Source: Planctomycetota bacterium (GTDB taxonomy: Bacteria; Planctomycetota; UBA11346). From it: a stretch of 33,831 bases of DNA. Position 1 is the first letter of the stretch. Every line of letters begins with the position of its first letter. A model generated the notes under the pieces. It did not search any database. It had not been told where the DNA came from and was given only the letters and a program-made list of their open reading frames with translations. The stretch spans positions 1-33,831 of the forward strand of contig JBBRLJ010000050.1 of assembly GCA_038231435.1 (NCBI GenBank). Direction: 5' to 3'. Below, piece by piece: positions 19,152 through 28,128 of this stretch. The position numbers and the translations under genes are program-made.

Positions 19152-21011
19152 CTACGGAAGCTCGTCAGGTCCGGCCTGACGGGTGTCTGGCCCGAGCTGC
19201 GTGGCCAGCGCCTCGCGGAATGGCCGGTTCTTGTCGTTCTCCGGAATCACCGCCAGCAGCTCGCGGCAGCGCTCGCGCGCCTGGTCGAGCGCCTTCGCGA
19301 GTGCGCGCGCCTGGTCGAACTCCTCCTTCAGCAGGTGATGCCGCCGCAAGCGTTCGAGCAGGTCGAGGTTCCCAGCCAAGAGCGGCAGGCGCTCGGCCTG
19401 ATCCAGCGCGAGCGTCTCGGCGCGCGCAAGCCCGTCGCGACCGAGGTGCGCCTCGGCGTGCGCCTCGCGATACCCGAGATCCACCAGCGGACCCACGCGC
19501 GCGCGCAGCGCGCGCACCGCGTCGCGGCAGGCCACCCAATTCCTTTCGTGCTCGAGCCGATCGAATTCGGCGTAGGCGCGCAACTGCACTTCGGCCGCCG
19601 AGCCGCTCCAGCGCAGCAGGTCGACGGCGCACAGCGCCACGACGGCCGCCGCCGCCGCCAGGCAGCCTGCCTTGCGTAGCGCGCGCACGCGCCGCGTGGG
19701 CTCGGGCACCGGCAATCCTTCGCGTGCGCAGGCCCAGCTGACGCCGGCGAGCAGCGCCAGCAGGAAGAGCGGCCCCGGCTGGCTGAGATGGCTCTCGATG
19801 AGCGCATGCGCGATGACGCCGGCCCACGCCACCAGCAAGGCGAATGGCAGCGATTCGGAGCGGCGCCGCCACAGTGGCCAGAGCGTCGTCCACAGCGCGC
19901 AGGCCATGAAGGCGAGCAGCACCGCGCCGCCGTCGAGCAGCATCTCGAGCACTTCGTTGTGCGCGTGCTCGGCGTAGCTCGGCACCGCCAACCAGGCAGC
20001 CGCGAACGACGGCTGCTCTGGCAGGACCGCGACCGCGGAGCCGGGCCCGTAGCCGAGCAGCGAGCCGGAATCGATCGCCTGCCAGGCGCTGCGCCACAGG
20101 TGGACGCGTTGCAGCGTGGATGGCGCCGCGTGCTCGAGCGGAATCCAGCCGATCGACACGCCTATCTCGCCGAGCGCCAATGCCAACGCCCCGAGCGCGA
20201 CCAGTGGCATCTGCAGCCGATTCGGCGCAGACAGGGCCAAGGCCATGCCCAGCATCGCCACCGATCCGACCCATACCGCGCGCGTCGCATCGCCGATGTG
20301 CGCGCCGTGAGCGTCGATGTAGAGGCCGACTCCGAGCACCAGCGCCGCGCACCAGCCCAGAGCGATGAACACGTGGAACCAGCGCGCCGGCCTGGACTGG
20401 CGCTCGCGCAGCCACAGGCCGATGCTGACGCCCAACAGCGGCAAGGCGCCGCCGACGGTGAAGTTCGCCAGACCGAACGGCGCGCCACCGCCGAGCCACA
20501 ACGCCTCGGCCACGGTGCCCTCGCCGCACGGCTGCGCGCCCACGGCGGCGATGAGCAGTGTCGCCGCTCCCGCGCCGGCGAGCCCCCACGCCACGCGCGG
20601 CAGGTCCGCGCCGGCCAGCCACGACGCCAAGCCCAGTGCGGCGACCCAGGCTCCGGCGCGCTCGACGAGCCACGGCAGCCCGGGTTCGCGCACCGGCGCC
20701 GCCACCGCCCACACCATGAGCTGCCACGCCAACGCCGCCGCGCACCACGTGCCGGGATGGGAGATCGCGGTGAGCACTCGCCGGCGTCTGGTCAGGCGCT
20801 CGGTCTCGACCGACATCGACGTGCGCGCCGCATGCCTCGGAAACGCCGCGAACACGCACCCGACCGCGATCAGCAACGCCGCCGAACGCGCGATCATGAT
20901 CACCGGCCGCCCATCCCCCGACGCCGCCCAATACAGCCAGCAGGCCGGCACGAACATCAGCGGCAGCAGGGCGAGCCACATGGCCTCACGTTGACGCTGA
21001 GCTGGCATCAT
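19152..21011 (-). CDS. O-antigen ligase / Wzy_C family polytopic membrane protein with helical C-terminal domain
   Basis: Many TM helices. PFG.AN, TR.VW, S..QR..LW, GYGPG, HAHNEVLEMLLDGG motifs. Start is uncertain (21011, 21008 or 20981). Confidence 0.8.
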   Translation of the reverse strand: MMPAQRQREAMWLALLPLMFVPACWLYWAASGDGRPVIMIARSAALLIAVGCVFAAFPRHAARTSMSVETERLTRRRRVLTAISHPGTWCAAALAWQLMVWAVAAPVREPGLPWLVERAGAWVAALGLASWLAGADLPRVAWGLAGAGAATLLIAAVGAQPCGEGTVAEALWLGGGAPFGLANFTVGGALPLLGVSIGLWLRERQSRPARWFHVFIALGWCAALVLGVGLYIDAHGAHIGDATRAVWVGSVAMLGMALALSAPNRLQMPLVALGALALALGEIGVSIGWIPLEHAAPSTLQRVHLWRSAWQAIDSGSLLGYGPGSAVAVLPEQPSFAAAWLAVPSYAEHAHNEVLEMLLDGGAVLLAFMACALWTTLWPLWRRRSESLPFALLVAWAGVIAHALIESHLSQPGPLFLLALLAGVSWACAREGLPVPEPTRRVRALRKAGCLAAAAAVVALCAVDLLRWSGSAAEVQLRAYAEFDRLEHERNWVACRDAVRALRARVGPLVDLGYREAHAEAHLGRDGLARAETLALDQAERLPLLAGNLDLLERLRRHHLLKEEFDQARALAKALDQARERCRELLAVIPENDKNRPFREALATQLGPDTRQAGPDELP

Positions 21012-21376
21012 CAAGGGGCTTCGCCCCTACGGCATGCGGCCTACCCCACGGGCTTTGTCGTGGCTCGATGTCTACGCTACGCTTCGAAATCGTCGGCGGA
21101 TCGGCTACGCCGATTATATCCGCCGACCGCCACTCGGCGCCCGGTCGCTGCGCTCCGGTTTGATAGGGGCTTCGCCCCTACGGCCTGCGGCCTACCCCAC
21201 GGGCTTTGTCAGAGTTCGCGGCGAAGCCCCGATCCAGACCGGCGGCGAAGCCGCCCGGCCGCCGAGTCCTGGTTTGCGTGAACAATGGGCGCAGCCCATC
21301 ACGCAAACTTTTTGGCCGCCTGGCGGACAAAAAGAAGGACGACAAAGGCCGTGGGGGCCCGGGGGCAAAGCCCCCG
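21012..21376 (+). repeat. Long composite structured element of repeat family 1 (core copies C 21013-21060 and D 21165-21210 plus hairpin-rich 3' module)
   Basis: Colinear with 33354-33656 and contains many hairpins. Fills the whole gap between the pilT stop and the ligase start. Confidence 0.88.
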
Positions 21377-21378
21377 TA

Positions 21379-22464
21379 CTAAACGATGCCGCCGTCGGTG
21401 ATGGAGATGCCGCGCATGGCCATGCGCAGTTCTTCGGGGCTCGGCGCGGCGGCGAGCGCCGTCTCCATGGTGATCTTCTTCTCTTTGTAGAGACGCGTCA
21501 GCACCTTGTTGTAGCTCTCGCAGCCGCCCTCCACGTCCTTGTTCAGCGCGTCCTGCACCTTCATGTCCTCGCCCTCGAGGATCATCTTCTTGATGATCGG
21601 GGTGATGAACATGGTTTCGAGCGCCGGAACCTGCGGCTTCTCCTTGTTGGTCGAGGGCAGCAGCTTCTGGTTGAGCACGCAGCGCAGATTGAAGCCGAGC
21701 GAGGTGCGCACCTGCTCCTGCTTCGCGACCGGGAAGAGATCGAGGATGCGCCCGATGGTGGGCGCGCAGCCCGAGGAATGCACGGTGCCGAACACCAGAT
21801 GCCCGGTCTCGGCCGCGGTGAGCGCGGTCTCGAAGGTCTCTGCGTCGCGCATTTCGCCAAGAAGCATGACGTCCGGATCCTCGCGCACCGCCGAGCGCAG
21901 CGCCTCGGAGAAGTTCACCACATCGAGCCCGATCTCGCGCTGGTTGATCAGCGCCTTGTCGTCGGTGAAGACGTACTCGATCGGATCCTCGATGGTGAGG
22001 ATATGGCAGCGGCGCTTGGAGTTGATGTCGTTCAGAACCGCGGCGATGGTCGTCGACTTGCCAGAGCCGGTGATGCCGCCGATCAGCACCAGGCCCTGCT
22101 CGTACGCCGCGCACTTGGCGATGTGGGCGGGCAGCTGCAGCTCCTCGTAGCTGGGGATGCGCGGCTTGACGCGACGGATGGCCGCCGAGAACTTGCCGGT
22201 CTGCTTGAAGACGTTCACGCGGAAACGCCCGCTGGCATCGAAGGCGTACGAGAAATCGCAGTAGCCGCGGGTGTCGAGGTCGTTCTTGCTGCGCTGGTTC
22301 ACCATCGGCATCAGCAGGCTGTCGGTATCCTCCTCGGTGAGCGGTGGACTCTTCATGCGCACCAGCTCGCCCGAGACGCGAAAGATCGGCGGCTCGCCCA
22401 CCTTGAGGTGGAGGTCGCTGGCGCTGTACTTCGCCATCATCGTGAACAGCTCGTGGATCTTCAT
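21379..22464 (-). CDS. PilT/PilU family type IV pilus retraction ATPase
   Basis: ASDLHL, RFRVNVF, Walker A GITGSGKS, TIEDPIE, REDPDV...GEMRD, His box AETGHLVFGTVH. Start trimmed to ATG 22464 (upstream GGAG). Confidence 0.93.
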   Translation of the reverse strand: MKIHELFTMMAKYSASDLHLKVGEPPIFRVSGELVRMKSPPLTEEDTDSLLMPMVNQRSKNDLDTRGYCDFSYAFDASGRFRVNVFKQTGKFSAAIRRVKPRIPSYEELQLPAHIAKCAAYEQGLVLIGGITGSGKSTTIAAVLNDINSKRRCHILTIEDPIEYVFTDDKALINQREIGLDVVNFSEALRSAVREDPDVMLLGEMRDAETFETALTAAETGHLVFGTVHSSGCAPTIGRILDLFPVAKQEQVRTSLGFNLRCVLNQKLLPSTNKEKPQVPALETMFITPIIKKMILEGEDMKVQDALNKDVEGGCESYNKVLTRLYKEKKITMETALAAAPSPEELRMAMRGISITDGGIV

Positions 22465-22606
22465 GTCGTGCTCCGCCCTGGACCGCCCGTGGATGGCAGC
22501 CCCGTGACCCGCGGATGCTAGGCACTTCCCCTGCCCTGGAAACGGCTTGCAGGCATGCATCAGGGTGATCAGCCGGGGCGTGTATGCCTCGCGGGGGGAC
22601 TGCAGG

Positions 22607-22727
22607 AGAAGAGGAGAAGAGGAGAAGAGGAGAAGAGGGAAGCTCGAAGCCAGAAGCCAGGCAGCCCTGGGACGATCCGAACGTGCGAACGGGAACGTCG
22701 AGCTTCCAGCTTCCAGCTTCCAACTTC
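22607..22727. repeat. (AGAAGAGG)4 followed by GAAGCYN heptamers and an inverted heptamer array
   Basis: Octamer x4 at 22607-22638. GAAGCTC GAAGCCA GAAGCCA at 22639-22659. Inverted GAGCTTC CAGCTTC CAGCTTC CAACTTC at 22700-22727. Confidence 0.85.
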
Positions 22728-22736
22728 CCTGCAGTC

Positions 22737-24641
22737 CTATCCCTGCCCGTACTGCCTCAATTTCGCGTACAGCGTCGAGCGGTCGATGCCGAGGATCTCG
22801 GCAGCGGCCTTCTTGTTCCCACCGCAGTGGTCGAGGACGCGCTGGATGTGGGCGCGCTCGATTTCGGAGAGCGTGGTGATGGGGGTAGCACCCGAGGGCG
22901 CGGTCTCGGACCCACGCACGGTCTCGGGCAGATCCTGGGCGCGCACCACGTGCGACGGCGCCAGCACGCAGGCGCGCTCGATGGCGTTCTTCAGTTGGCG
23001 GACGTTGCCTGGCCACCCGTAGCGCAACAGCGCGGCGCGGGCCTCGGGTGACAGGCGCTTGAGCGGCTGGTCGAGCTTGCGTGCGTGCTCCTGCAGGAAG
23101 TGCTCGGCGAGCGCGTCGATGTCGATAGGCCGCGTCCGCAGCGGCGGGATGGCGATCGACAGCACGTCCAGGCGGGTGCGCAGGTCCGCCGAGAAACGCC
23201 CGGCCGCCGCTTCGGCGGCGAGATCCCGACTGGATGCGGCGATGACGCGCAGGTCGATCCGGCGCAAGGCGCCGTCGCCCGAGCGGTTGAACTCGCCGCT
23301 GTCGAGCAGGGACAGCAGCTTCACCTGCGCCGCCGGCGGCAAGGCGTCGATGTCGTCGAGGAACACCGAGCCCTGATCGGCGAGCTCGACCAGGCCCGGG
23401 CGCGCGTCGCCACCCGGAGAGCCCTGGCCAAACAGCGCGGTATCCGCGTCCTGCAGCGCCGCGCAGCCGACCACTTGCAGCGGGCGCTCAGCGCGTGGCG
23501 AGCGCTGGTGGATCGATCGCGCGACCAGCTCCTTGCCGCTGCCGCCTTCGCCGGCGATGAGCACCGGGGCGGTGGAAGCCGCCGCCTTGCCGATGAAGGT
23601 CTCGAGCCCCTCCATCATCGGGTCTTTCCACAGCAGCACGACAGGGTCCGCCACTGGGCGCGCATGCAGGCGGTCGACCTCGGCCTCGAGCTCTGCGAGG
23701 TGCTCGCGGTTGTGCAGCTGCACGGCGAGCTGGTTCGCGACCGCCGCGAGGAATTCGAGGTCGGTGCGCGTGAACGGCTCCTTGCCCGAGATGCGGTCGA
23801 CGTACAGCAGCGCGTGGCACTCATCACCGATGCGCAGCGGCGCGGCCATCGCGCTGCGCACTCCAGCCTGCACCATGCTCGCCGACGGATTGAGATCGCC
23901 CTGGCGCGTGCATAGGAGCGGCGCCTGCCGGCGTTTCACCGCGGCGAGCAGCGTGCGCGCGAACGGCACCGCGCCGTAGCGCGCGCGCAGCCGCCGTTCA
24001 TGCGCGGGCCACAGCGCCCATCCGGCCGTGGCCGAGGACGATGCCGCGGCAGTCGCCGGCGCTTGCGTGTCCGGCTTGCCTGCGATGGGCAGGAACACCG
24101 CGCAGCGATCGCCCTCGAGCGCTTCGGCGGCAGCCTCGTCGAGCAGCTCGAAGATCTCGTTGCGTCCGCGCGCGGCATTGCTCTTGAGCACGATCTGATG
24201 CAGGAGCACGAGATATGCGTTCGCGCGCTCGAGCGGCACGGCGGTCGCGGTGCCTGGCGCGGCGAGCAGCGATGGATGCTCGTCCTCGAGCCCTTCAAGC
24301 TGCGCCGGGTCGGTGACGTCGACCGCGGTCGAGACGCCCGCGTCGGAGTCGGCGGGGCGGCTGTCGTAGCGGAACACCGTCTTGCCGATGCGGAAGGTGA
24401 AGCCGTCGGCGAGCGGCACGCTGTCGATGCGCGACTCGCCATTCCAGGTGCCGTTCGAGCTGTCGAGATCCTTGAGGCGATGCTGCCCGCCCACCGAACG
24501 GATCTCGGCGTGCAGCCGGCTCGACTTCGGATCCTGGATGCGCAGGTCCGCCTTGGGATCGCGGCCGATGGTCAGCGTGTCCGCTCCGAGTTCGACCTCG
24601 GATCCTTCGCCCGAACCGGAAACGATGCGCAGGACGGGCAT
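22737..24641 (-). CDS. FHA-GAF-AAA+ (sigma54-activator-like)-Fis HTH transcriptional regulator, atypical
   Basis: FHA IGR...SR.HA..DLDSSNGT. GAF SAMAAPL..LYVD. AAA+ GEGGSGKE, RVIAAS, WPGNVRQLKN. HTH AAEILGIDRSTLY. Confidence 0.9.
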   Translation of the reverse strand: MPVLRIVSGSGEGSEVELGADTLTIGRDPKADLRIQDPKSSRLHAEIRSVGGQHRLKDLDSSNGTWNGESRIDSVPLADGFTFRIGKTVFRYDSRPADSDAGVSTAVDVTDPAQLEGLEDEHPSLLAAPGTATAVPLERANAYLVLLHQIVLKSNAARGRNEIFELLDEAAAEALEGDRCAVFLPIAGKPDTQAPATAAASSSATAGWALWPAHERRLRARYGAVPFARTLLAAVKRRQAPLLCTRQGDLNPSASMVQAGVRSAMAAPLRIGDECHALLYVDRISGKEPFTRTDLEFLAAVANQLAVQLHNREHLAELEAEVDRLHARPVADPVVLLWKDPMMEGLETFIGKAAASTAPVLIAGEGGSGKELVARSIHQRSPRAERPLQVVGCAALQDADTALFGQGSPGGDARPGLVELADQGSVFLDDIDALPPAAQVKLLSLLDSGEFNRSGDGALRRIDLRVIAASSRDLAAEAAAGRFSADLRTRLDVLSIAIPPLRTRPIDIDALAEHFLQEHARKLDQPLKRLSPEARAALLRYGWPGNVRQLKNAIERACVLAPSHVVRAQDLPETVRGSETAPSGATPITTLSEIERAHIQRVLDHCGGNKKAAAEILGIDRSTLYAKLRQYGQG

Positions 24642-24679
24642 GGAGTGGATGGTGGGGGACGTCGTGATGAAGGAAGAAG

Positions 24680-24729
24680 GAAGAGGGGCCAGAAGCTAGA
24701 AGCTAGAAGCTAGAAGCTAGAAGCTAGAA
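24680..24729. repeat. Heptamer array (GAAGCTA)5 with purine-rich lead-in
   Basis: GAAGAGGGGCCA then five GAAGCTA units at 24692-24726. Confidence 0.9.
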
Positions 24730-24794
24730 AGTGGGGACGGTATCGCGGAGGATAGACGTGCGTCTGAGCGCCGTGGTGCGGGACTTCCCCACAC

Positions 24795-25451
24795 TCATTC
24801 GATGCCGACGTATTTGTGCATCTGCAGGCTGAGGCGGCAGCCGCGGCGATAGCACCAGTCCAGGCAGCGGCGGAGGTTGGCTTCGTAGAGCGCACCGCTG
24901 GGCCCACCGTCAGGACAGGTCGGTTGGACGAGGACCGGTTTGCCGCTCGCGAGCGCGCGTTCGAGGAATACCTCCTGGTCGGGAATCAGCACCTTCCACC
25001 AGTCGGGCTCTACGATCACCGCCTGGTCCTTCACCGCCTTGGGGCTCAGACTGATGAACACGTTGGCGGGCCGGGGCGGGCACGCGCGCGTGCCGTTGGT
25101 CTCGATGTCGACCCAGGCGAAAGCGTCGCCGAGCACGCGCAGCAGCGCTTCGTCGGCTTGCAGCAACGGCTCGCCGCCGGTGAGCACGCAGCCCAGGATG
25201 TGCGGGGTACGGGGGGAGGCGGTCGGCGGGGAAGAGAGGGCGCGCAGGCGTTCGAGGATGACGTCGAGCTCCAGGGTCTCGCCGCCGCGGAAATCGGTGT
25301 CGCAGTACGGGCACGCCGAGGCTGCGCGAGACTCGGGCCTGCCGTCCCAGGCGTTGCAGCCGGCGAGGCGCAGGAACAGGCACGGCATGCCGGAGTGCGG
25401 GCCCTCGCCCTGGAGCGTGGGGCCGAAAATGGATTTCACGCGGTAGGACAT
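24795..25451 (-). CDS. queE: 7-carboxy-7-deazaguanine synthase (radical SAM, CX14CXXC type)
   Basis: IF..TLQGEG..SG, FLRLAGC-x14-CPYCDTDF, TGGEPLLQ, IETNG, SPK, RLSLQMHK. Confidence 0.93.
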   Translation of the reverse strand: MSYRVKSIFGPTLQGEGPHSGMPCLFLRLAGCNAWDGRPESRAASACPYCDTDFRGGETLELDVILERLRALSSPPTASPRTPHILGCVLTGGEPLLQADEALLRVLGDAFAWVDIETNGTRACPPRPANVFISLSPKAVKDQAVIVEPDWWKVLIPDQEVFLERALASGKPVLVQPTCPDGGPSGALYEANLRRCLDWCYRRGCRLSLQMHKYVGIE

Positions 25452-25519
25452 CGGGGTCGCCGCGGGAAAGCGTAGGGAGACGGGGGGAGAGGGAAGGCGG
25501 GAGGGAGAGAGGAGAGAGG

Positions 25520-25677
25520 GAAGCTCGAAGCTCGAAGCTCGAAGCTCGAAGCTCGAAGCTCGAAGCTCGAAGCTCGAAGCTCGAAGCTCGAAGCTCGAAG
25601 CTCGAAGCTCGAAGCTCGAAGCTCGAAGCTAGAAGCTAGAAGCTAGAAGCTAGAAGCTAGAAGCTAGAAGCTAGAAG
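25520..25677. repeat. Heptamer tandem array (GAAGCTC)15(GAAGCTA)7
   Basis: Counted directly: 22 perfect 7-bp units plus GAAG, preceded by a purine-only tract. Short inverted copy at 25777-25792. Confidence 0.97.
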
Positions 25678-25818
25678 GGGAATCGCGGTGGTTGCGGGTT
25701 GTGACAGTGCGTTGGTTCGCTGGCTCCTGGCCTCGAGAGCGGATCGGGCACTACGCTGCGATCTTCGCTGTCACGTCGAGCTTCTGGCTTCGAACGTCTC
25801 GATTCTCCCAAGTCCCCT

Positions 25819-27006
25819 TCACTCCTTCACGATCAGATAGAACAACTTCCCTTCGTTGTATTGCGCACCGGCGCGCCGTTCGTTGTCTTCGCCTTCTCCC
25901 ATGTAGAGGTCGGCGTGGCCGGGGGCGCGGATGCCGCCGCCGGTGTCCTGGTCGAGGCGCAGGGCGACGTAGTCGACGTTCTGGTTCTGGGGATCGGCGG
26001 TGCGCGTCTGGACCAGGGTGGGCGCGCCGCGCGGAAAGATGCTCTTGTCGGTGGCGATCGAGATGTTCGCGATCACCGGCTGGCCGAGGCTACCGAACGG
26101 TCCGCCTTGGACCCGGCGGAAGAACACGTAGCGCGGATTGGTGTCGATGTAGGTCTGGACCTCTTGCGGATGCGCGTGGAAGTACGAGCGCAGGGTGAAA
26201 TAGCTGAGATCCTCCTTGGCGATCTTGGCGTCGCGCACGACGTCCTCGCCGATGCCGTGGTACGCGTAGTTGTTGGTGCCGTCGTAGCCGATCTCCATCA
26301 CCGAGCCGTCGTTCAGGCGCAGCTTGGCCGAGCCCTGGACCTGCACGCAGTAGGCGTCGAACGGATCGGCGAGCCATGCCAGCTCCTGCCCACGCAGCAT
26401 GCCGGTGCCATCGATGACCGAACGCTGCGGATACGGGCGCATCGAGCCGTCGGGCATGCGCTGCTGCGCGGGCCCGGCCGCGGGGTCGCCACCTTGCGGG
26501 GGCATCACCAGATCGCTCGGCTTCTTGTACAGGGGATAGCGATAGGTCGCGTCCTGGGTGAGGCTGGCCGGCCATACCGGAGTGAAGTAGCCGGTGTAGA
26601 GCACCGTGCCCTTGTCGTCGCAGCCGATCGACATGTAGGCGCGGAAACGGGTATGCAGCTGCTGGTTGAATTCGTCGTCGGTGCTCGGCACGCGCAGGAG
26701 CTCATCGAGCGCCTTGAGGCTGCGCACCACCTGGTCCTTGGTGATACCCGCGACCGGATAGCCGTTGTCGCTCGAGGCCTTGGCGAAATAGGCGAGGCTG
26801 TTCGCGATGCCCTTCTCCATGTCGGCGCGGCTCGCGGGCGTCAGCGACAGGCGCGGCAGGGATTGCGAGTCGACTTCGCGCAGCGCGACTTCACCAGCTC
26901 CGAGCGGCTTGTTGTACTCCTTGCCGGCCTTCTTCGACCGCGATTTGCAGGAGGCGAAGGCGAGGATGATGAGGGGCAGGAGGATCCAGGCGAGGGCGGT
27001 GCGCAT
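25819..27006 (-). CDS. mltA: Membrane-bound lytic murein transglycosylase A lipoprotein
   Basis: Lipobox FASC, YTGYFTP, QVQGS, NPRYVFF, SIATD, 3D domain QDTGGGI...ADLYMG.G. Confidence 0.92.
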   Translation of the reverse strand: MRTALAWILLPLIILAFASCKSRSKKAGKEYNKPLGAGEVALREVDSQSLPRLSLTPASRADMEKGIANSLAYFAKASSDNGYPVAGITKDQVVRSLKALDELLRVPSTDDEFNQQLHTRFRAYMSIGCDDKGTVLYTGYFTPVWPASLTQDATYRYPLYKKPSDLVMPPQGGDPAAGPAQQRMPDGSMRPYPQRSVIDGTGMLRGQELAWLADPFDAYCVQVQGSAKLRLNDGSVMEIGYDGTNNYAYHGIGEDVVRDAKIAKEDLSYFTLRSYFHAHPQEVQTYIDTNPRYVFFRRVQGGPFGSLGQPVIANISIATDKSIFPRGAPTLVQTRTADPQNQNVDYVALRLDQDTGGGIRAPGHADLYMGEGEDNERRAGAQYNEGKLFYLIVKE

Positions 27007-27075
27007 GGGCGGGGAGCTTTTGTGGTTGGTGGAGAGGAGAGGAGGAATAGTGGAGAAAGACGAAGCGGGAAGAGA

Positions 27076-27105
27076 GAAGAGGGGCCAGAAGCCAGAAGCT
27101 AGAAG
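27076..27105. repeat. Short heptamer array with purine-rich lead-in
   Basis: GAAGAGGGGCCAGAAGCCAGAAGCTAGAAG. The first 17 nt are identical to 24680-24696. Confidence 0.8.
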
Positions 27106-27109
27106 GCGG

Positions 27110-28003
27110 TCACCTCCCGTAGCGTTGCAGGGCTTCGATGAGCGCGGTCTCGGCGGGCCAGGGCTGGCGGCGGGGATCGGTGAGGGCGACGATCGAGCGC
27201 ACCACCTTGAGATCGGTGAGCGGCCAGGCGGCGAGCTCGCCGCGGCGCGTCTCCTTGCGCACGGTGGGCTCGGGCAGCATCGCCAGGCCGAGGCCGGCCA
27301 TGACCATGGCCTTGATGACTTCGGGGCTGTCGTGCTCGAGCACCACCTTGAGCTCGATGCCCTTGTCGGCGAGCGAATGGTCGAGGATGCGCCGTGTGAT
27401 GGTCGACGACGGCAGCAGGATGAAGTCTTCGTGGGTGTAGCTGGCGATCGAGCGCGAGCGCGAGGGATGGTTGATCGGCAGCACCAGCACCAGCTCCTCG
27501 TCCCACAGCTTGTGGCACTGCAGGCCCGGCGGATCGAACTCGACCGCGCACACCGCCAGGTCGAGCTCGCCAGAGGCGATCATCTCGGGCAGCCGTTCGC
27601 TGGTGCGGCATACCAGGCGCAGGTTCACGCGGCGGTTCGCCTGCAGGTACGGGCGCAGGATCGAGGGCAGCGAATTCACCGCCACCGATTCGGAGGCGCC
27701 GAGGCGGACGCGGCCAGCGGTGGTGCCGTTCGCCGCCGAGAGGTTCGATGAGACGCGGCTGAGCTCCTCGAGCAGCGGGCCGGCGCGATTCACCAGCTCC
27801 TCGCCGCTCGAAGTCAGGCGCACGGCGCGGCCGACGCGCTCGAAGAGGCGCACGCCGAGCGTCTTCTCGAGTCCCATCACCTGGCGCGACAACGCGGGCT
27901 GGCTGAGCTCGAGCTCCTGCGCGGCGCGCGTGAAACTGCCGAGCCGCGCGACCGTCAACGCCGCAAGCAGCTGATCGGTGGACGGGAGCTGGCCCTTCAT
28001 CAT
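27110..28003 (-). CDS. LysR family transcriptional regulator
   Basis: GSFTRAAQELELSQPALSRQV..LE..LGVRLFER...VRLT..GE helix-turn-helix followed by the substrate-binding domain. Start trimmed to ATG 28003/28000. Confidence 0.93.
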   Translation of the reverse strand: MMKGQLPSTDQLLAALTVARLGSFTRAAQELELSQPALSRQVMGLEKTLGVRLFERVGRAVRLTSSGEELVNRAGPLLEELSRVSSNLSAANGTTAGRVRLGASESVAVNSLPSILRPYLQANRRVNLRLVCRTSERLPEMIASGELDLAVCAVEFDPPGLQCHKLWDEELVLVLPINHPSRSRSIASYTHEDFILLPSSTITRRILDHSLADKGIELKVVLEHDSPEVIKAMVMAGLGLAMLPEPTVRKETRRGELAAWPLTDLKVVRSIVALTDPRRQPWPAETALIEALQRYGR

Positions 28004-28128
28004 GCGGACGCTGGAACGCTTTTGCGCTTCATTGCCCAACGGGAGTTCCATCATGCCGCTCGTCGCCTCACCTTCCAACTCAGGAAGCGGATGGCGCCGC
28101 CGCAACAAGCGCGGCGCAAGGGAAAACG

